DNA from: a virus
Lineage: Duplodnaviria > Heunggongvirae > Uroviricota > Caudoviricetes
Virus record (IMG/VR): IMGVR_UViG_2534681774_000024
Direction: 5' to 3' (one strand)
DNA: 8,799 nt
Positions 5,645 through 8,799 of the stretch are shown here, in pieces (position 1 is the first letter of the stretch; each line of letters begins with the position of its first letter). The translations under genes and the position numbers were made by a program. Under the pieces are notes generated by a model. It worked only from the letters and a program-made list of their open reading frames with translations, searched no databases and was not told the DNA's origin.

Positions 5645-8468
5645 ATGACGGCAGAGTACATCAGGGACTGGCAACAACCGCGCCACGCAGTGGGACGTGA
5701 AGGAACGGGGATCCCCGTTCCTGAATCTGCGCTTTCTTCCTGGCTGGATGCCTACCGGGCAGAGAACGAGCGCCGCCAGGAAATGGCTGATGCGGCGTTC
5801 TCCGCCACGCCGCTGGGCAACCTGATTAATAAAAGCCTGGATGCACAGGAAAAACAGGACAAAACCATCACACTGGCAGGAGACGCCAGAAAACAGGCAC
5901 GCGGCGCGGTGGATGAAGCCATGGCCTCGCTGCGCCTGCTGCCGTCCTATCTGCGCGATCCGCTTATTCGCCACCTCTCCTTCCTGCGCAAAAAACAGGA
6001 AGTCGATCGCCGGAAAGGCAAAAAGAGCTGGCAGGCTGAACGCTACGCGCGCGGAACCCTGCGCAAAATATTCGAACGTCTGGACCGCACCGACCACCGC
6101 TGGCTGACACCGGGTTATCGCTCCCTTGCCGGACGCGAACGCCTGGATGATTTGCTTTACCTGCCGCAGCTCAACAAGCACCAGATACAGACGCTGGCCA
6201 CCATGACGGCGGCGATGTTCAGCAGCACCTTCGAAAAACTCTGCGATGGCTTTGGCGCGACTGATGGCGAACTGACCATGGATGTAACGCTGAAGGCGTA
6301 TCAGATGCTGGCCCGCATGGCGTTACACCTGCACGCCATGCCTCCACATTATGACGCACTGACAACAGACAAAGACCGGAGGAACGAACCGGACACGGAG
6401 CTGCTGCCGGGCGCAATCCTTCGCCTGACCTGTGCGGAATGGTGGAAACGCAAACTGTGGCTGTTACGTTGCGAGTGGAGAGAAGAACAACTCCGCGCCG
6501 CCTGTCTGGTTTCCAGAAAAACATCACCCTATCTGAGCCAGGACGCGTTAAGCGAGTTTCGCGCACAGCGCGAGAAAACACGCGATTTCCTGAAAAGTTT
6601 CATGCTGGAAAATGAAGACGGGTTCACGATTGATCTCGAGACAGTGTATTACGCGGGAGTAAGTAACCCGGTTCACCGTAAGGCAGAAATGATGGCCACC
6701 ATGAAGGGACTGGAACTTCTGGCCGAAGCCCCGTGGCGACAGAGCGGTGTTTCTGACTGTCACCTGCCCGTCAAAATACCACGCAACAACGGAGAACGGT
6801 CATCCGAACCCCAAATGGAACGGGGCCACCATGCGCGACTCCAGCGATTACCTGGTTAACACGTTTTTTGCGGCGGTCCGCAAAAAACTGAACCGCGACG
6901 GCCTGCGCTGGTATGGCATCCGCACGGTGGAGCCTCACCATGACGGAACCGTGCACTGGCATATGATGGTCTTTGCCCATCCGGAAGAAATCGACACCAT
7001 TGTGTCCCACACCCGCGATATTGCCATTCAGGAAGATCGTCACGAGCTGGGCGATGATATTACTCCGCGCTTTAAGGCGGAGTATGTAGACGGCTCAAAA
7101 GGCACGCCAACCAGCTACATCGCCACCTACATCGGAAAGAACCTGGACAGCCGCGCCGTGGATGGCATCGACCCGAAAACGGGCAAGCCACGCGTTGACC
7201 ACGAAACAGGAAAATCAATGGCCGAGAGCGTGGAGCGCGCCATCGGCTGGGCGCGCCTTCACCGGGTCCGCCAGTTCCAGTTCTTTGGCATTCCCTCCCG
7301 TCAGGTGTGGCGTGAACTCCGCCGCCTTGCCAGCCAGATGGCACGCAACCCGGAAGGCCCGCAACGGCTGAAGGATGACGCAATGGATGCGGTTCTTGCT
7401 GCCGCTGATGCCGGGTGTTTTGCCACCTACATTGAAAAACAGGGTGGCGTACTTGTTCCGCGCAAGGACTACCTGATTCGCACCGCCTACGACCTCGCAG
7501 ATGAGCTGAACGATTACGGCGAACAGAGTGTACAGATTTACGGGATCTGGTCGCCATTCATCGGGGAATCCTCCCGTGTGTGCACGCATCCGGATAACTG
7601 GAAGCTGGTAAGACGTAAACCGGAAGCGGAGGACAGCGCCCGCGAAAATGGTTTTGACCTTCAGGGCGGCCCTGCCGCCCCTTGGACTCGTGGCAATAAC
7701 TGTCCCCGTGTACAGGAAACGGACAACAACGGGACAGAACAGTCGGAAGAACGGCCAGCACCGTGGCCGCAGCTCCCTGACGGCGTTGAAGTGAACGAAT
7801 GGATGCGCTCACTGAAACGGCACGAACGCCGGGCGCTGATGCGTTCGCTTCGTGACAAACAGGCAAAAAACAGCAGTGATGAAATGCAGAGCTGGACACA
7901 GAGCCGCAAACAGCAGTGGCCTTTGCCTGATAACCACGAATTACTCGCTAAAGAATGGCGGAAGTCTGCTGAATCTCTCGGCCTGCATATCGGTGAACAA
8001 CAGATGCAGCACCTGTTACGGGGCGGCAGTCTGTACGTTGACGGCAGCATCATTGCACCGCAGGGATTTGAAATTGTACGCAAACCGGATACCCGCCCGG
8101 ACAGTCGAATCACGCAGCTCTGGCAGCGCCTGAGCCGTAATCATGGCGTAAGCAGCACGGAGATCCGCCATAACCCGGTCGCCAGCTATCTGGCACAGCT
8201 GGGGGCATCAGACCCTGAAGCCGCCGCACGCCTGGCATCCACACTTCAGCAGGACCAGAACACCATGAAAACACCCGTTACCGTGCTTTCTGACATGCTG
8301 CGCGCCATCCGCGACGCAGAGCACGCACAGAGAATCAGTGAAATCACTGAACGCGCCAGCCGCAAAGCAGACCTGCTGCGGGGTGGCCTGACCAGCGGAA
8401 ACAAAAAACAGACAGAAACGGGACTCACGAATCCCGTAAATGAGCAAAAAACGCGCAGCGATATATGA
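5645..8468 (+). pseudogene. A: P2 gene A-type rolling-circle replication initiator (HUH endonuclease), read in two frames with a frame change near 6729-6732
   Basis: ORF 5645-6859 (frame 2) and ORF 6747-8468 (frame 0) overlap by 113 nt. The downstream part carries FLTVTCPS, the HUH motif in GTVHWHMMVF, and a paired-tyrosine motif TSYIATYIGKN, matching what I recall of the P2 A / Phage_GPA family. Frame 0 is open from 6705. Removing one C from the CCCC run at 6729-6732 gives a continuous reading ...[27 protein letters not shown]... The 6747 start in the ORF track is a GTG inside this reading. Confidence 0.75.
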
Positions 8469-8513
8469 AGCGCGCACAAAACAGGCAAAAACGGGATTTC
8501 AGAATCCCGTAAA
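8402..8513. repeat. Two ~38-bp direct repeats (8402-8440 and 8477-8513), each with a palindromic core ACGGGA-N8-TCCCGT
   Basis: Copy 1: CAAAAAACAGACAGAAACGGGACTCACGAATCCCGTAAA, inside the 3' end of gene A. Copy 2: ACAAAACAGGCAAAAACGGGATTTCAGAATCCCGTAAA, intergenic; here the stem is a perfect 8 bp (ACGGGATT / AATCCCGT) with a 4-nt loop. On the minus strand each hairpin is followed by a T-run. Confidence 0.7.
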
Positions 8514-8544
8514 CGATTAATTAATCAACATAAGGAAAAGCGAC

Positions 8545-8799
8545 ATGAAAATTTGTATCGACGACGGCTCCACCAACATCAAGCTGGCATGGACTGAGAA
8601 CGGCGAATGCCGCAACGCCATCAGCCCGAACAGCTTCAAGTCGGAATGGTCTGCGCCGTTCGGTGGCTCGCAGCCTGCGAACTACATGCTTGATGGCGTG
8701 CGCTATGGTTTTGATCCGGTCAGCGATCGCTTTGTCCAGACGACCGACACGCAATACCAGTACAGCGATGTGAATATAATCGCCATTCACCACGCGCTG
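8545..8799 (+). CDS. parM: ParM/StbA-like actin-family ATPase, N-terminal 85 codons (3' end beyond the window)
   Basis: ATG 8545 with AAGGAAAA about 8 nt upstream; open to the window edge and in frame. The translation MKICIDDGSTNIKLAW...ISPNSFKSEW...YQYSDVNIIAIHHAL closely parallels the N-terminus of plasmid R1 ParM as I recall it (MLVFIDDGSTNIKLQW...WQYSDVNVVAVHHAL). It is not in the ORF track because it has no stop within the window. Confidence 0.8.
   Translation, partial: MKICIDDGSTNIKLAWTENGECRNAISPNSFKSEWSAPFGGSQPANYMLDGVRYGFDPVSDRFVQTTDTQYQYSDVNIIAIHHAL

Noticed and set aside
5120-6181. 353-aa minus-strand ORF overlapping ORF 5273 and the 5' third of gene A
   Set aside because: It is antisense to sense-strand genes that have ribosome-binding sites and a conserved family match. 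The product is low-complexity and Arg/Gly/Ala-rich with no start context. Long antisense ORFs are expected by chance in GC-rich coding DNA.
6729-6732. Programmed ribosomal frameshifting in gene A
   Set aside because: It is not known for gpA-type initiators, and a single-base indel in a homopolymer is the simpler explanation. A mutation versus a sequencing error cannot be distinguished from the sequence alone.
7072-8113. Several minus-strand ORFs (7072-7557, 7215-7589, 7558-7899, 7661-8113) inside gene A
   Set aside because: They are antisense to a confidently identified gene, Arg/Cys/Pro-rich, and lack start signals.
8521-8793. 90-aa minus-strand ORF at the window end
   Set aside because: It is antisense to the ParM-like gene, which has a strong RBS and a clear family match.
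1-8799. CRISPR array, tRNA or rRNA genes
   Set aside because: I found no regularly spaced short direct repeats, no tRNA-like T-arm motif (GGTTCGAATCC-type) and no rRNA-like segment on scanning by eye.

Overview
The window reads as the integrase-proximal early arm of a P2-like temperate prophage, entered from the right end of an IS66-family insertion sequence that has inserted into the integrase gene. Order: IS66 transposase C-terminus and terminal repeat (1-696); P2-type tyrosine integrase on the minus strand with its 3' end cut off (697-1552); C-type HTH immunity repressor on the minus strand (1619-1921); divergent switch region; Cox-position gene (2017-2343); a rightward operon of about eleven small ORFs of unknown function (2362-5638), several joined by ATGA overlaps, including a 37-codon membrane peptide gene absent from the ORF track and an AT-rich islet; a roughly 320-bp non-coding gap with strong secondary-structure elements (4648-4969); a gene A-type HUH replication initiator (5645-8468) split by a frame change in a C4 run; two palindrome-containing direct repeats; and the first 85 codons of a ParM/StbA-like actin-family gene running off the window (8545-8799). 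I saw no rRNA, tRNA or CRISPR array. All homology statements are from memory of protein families, not from searches. Small-ORF functions are unknown. I cannot name a confirmed novel system: the best candidates are the ParM-like cargo gene after gene A (partner genes would lie beyond the window), the AT-rich islet with the membrane peptide, and the structured non-coding gap.
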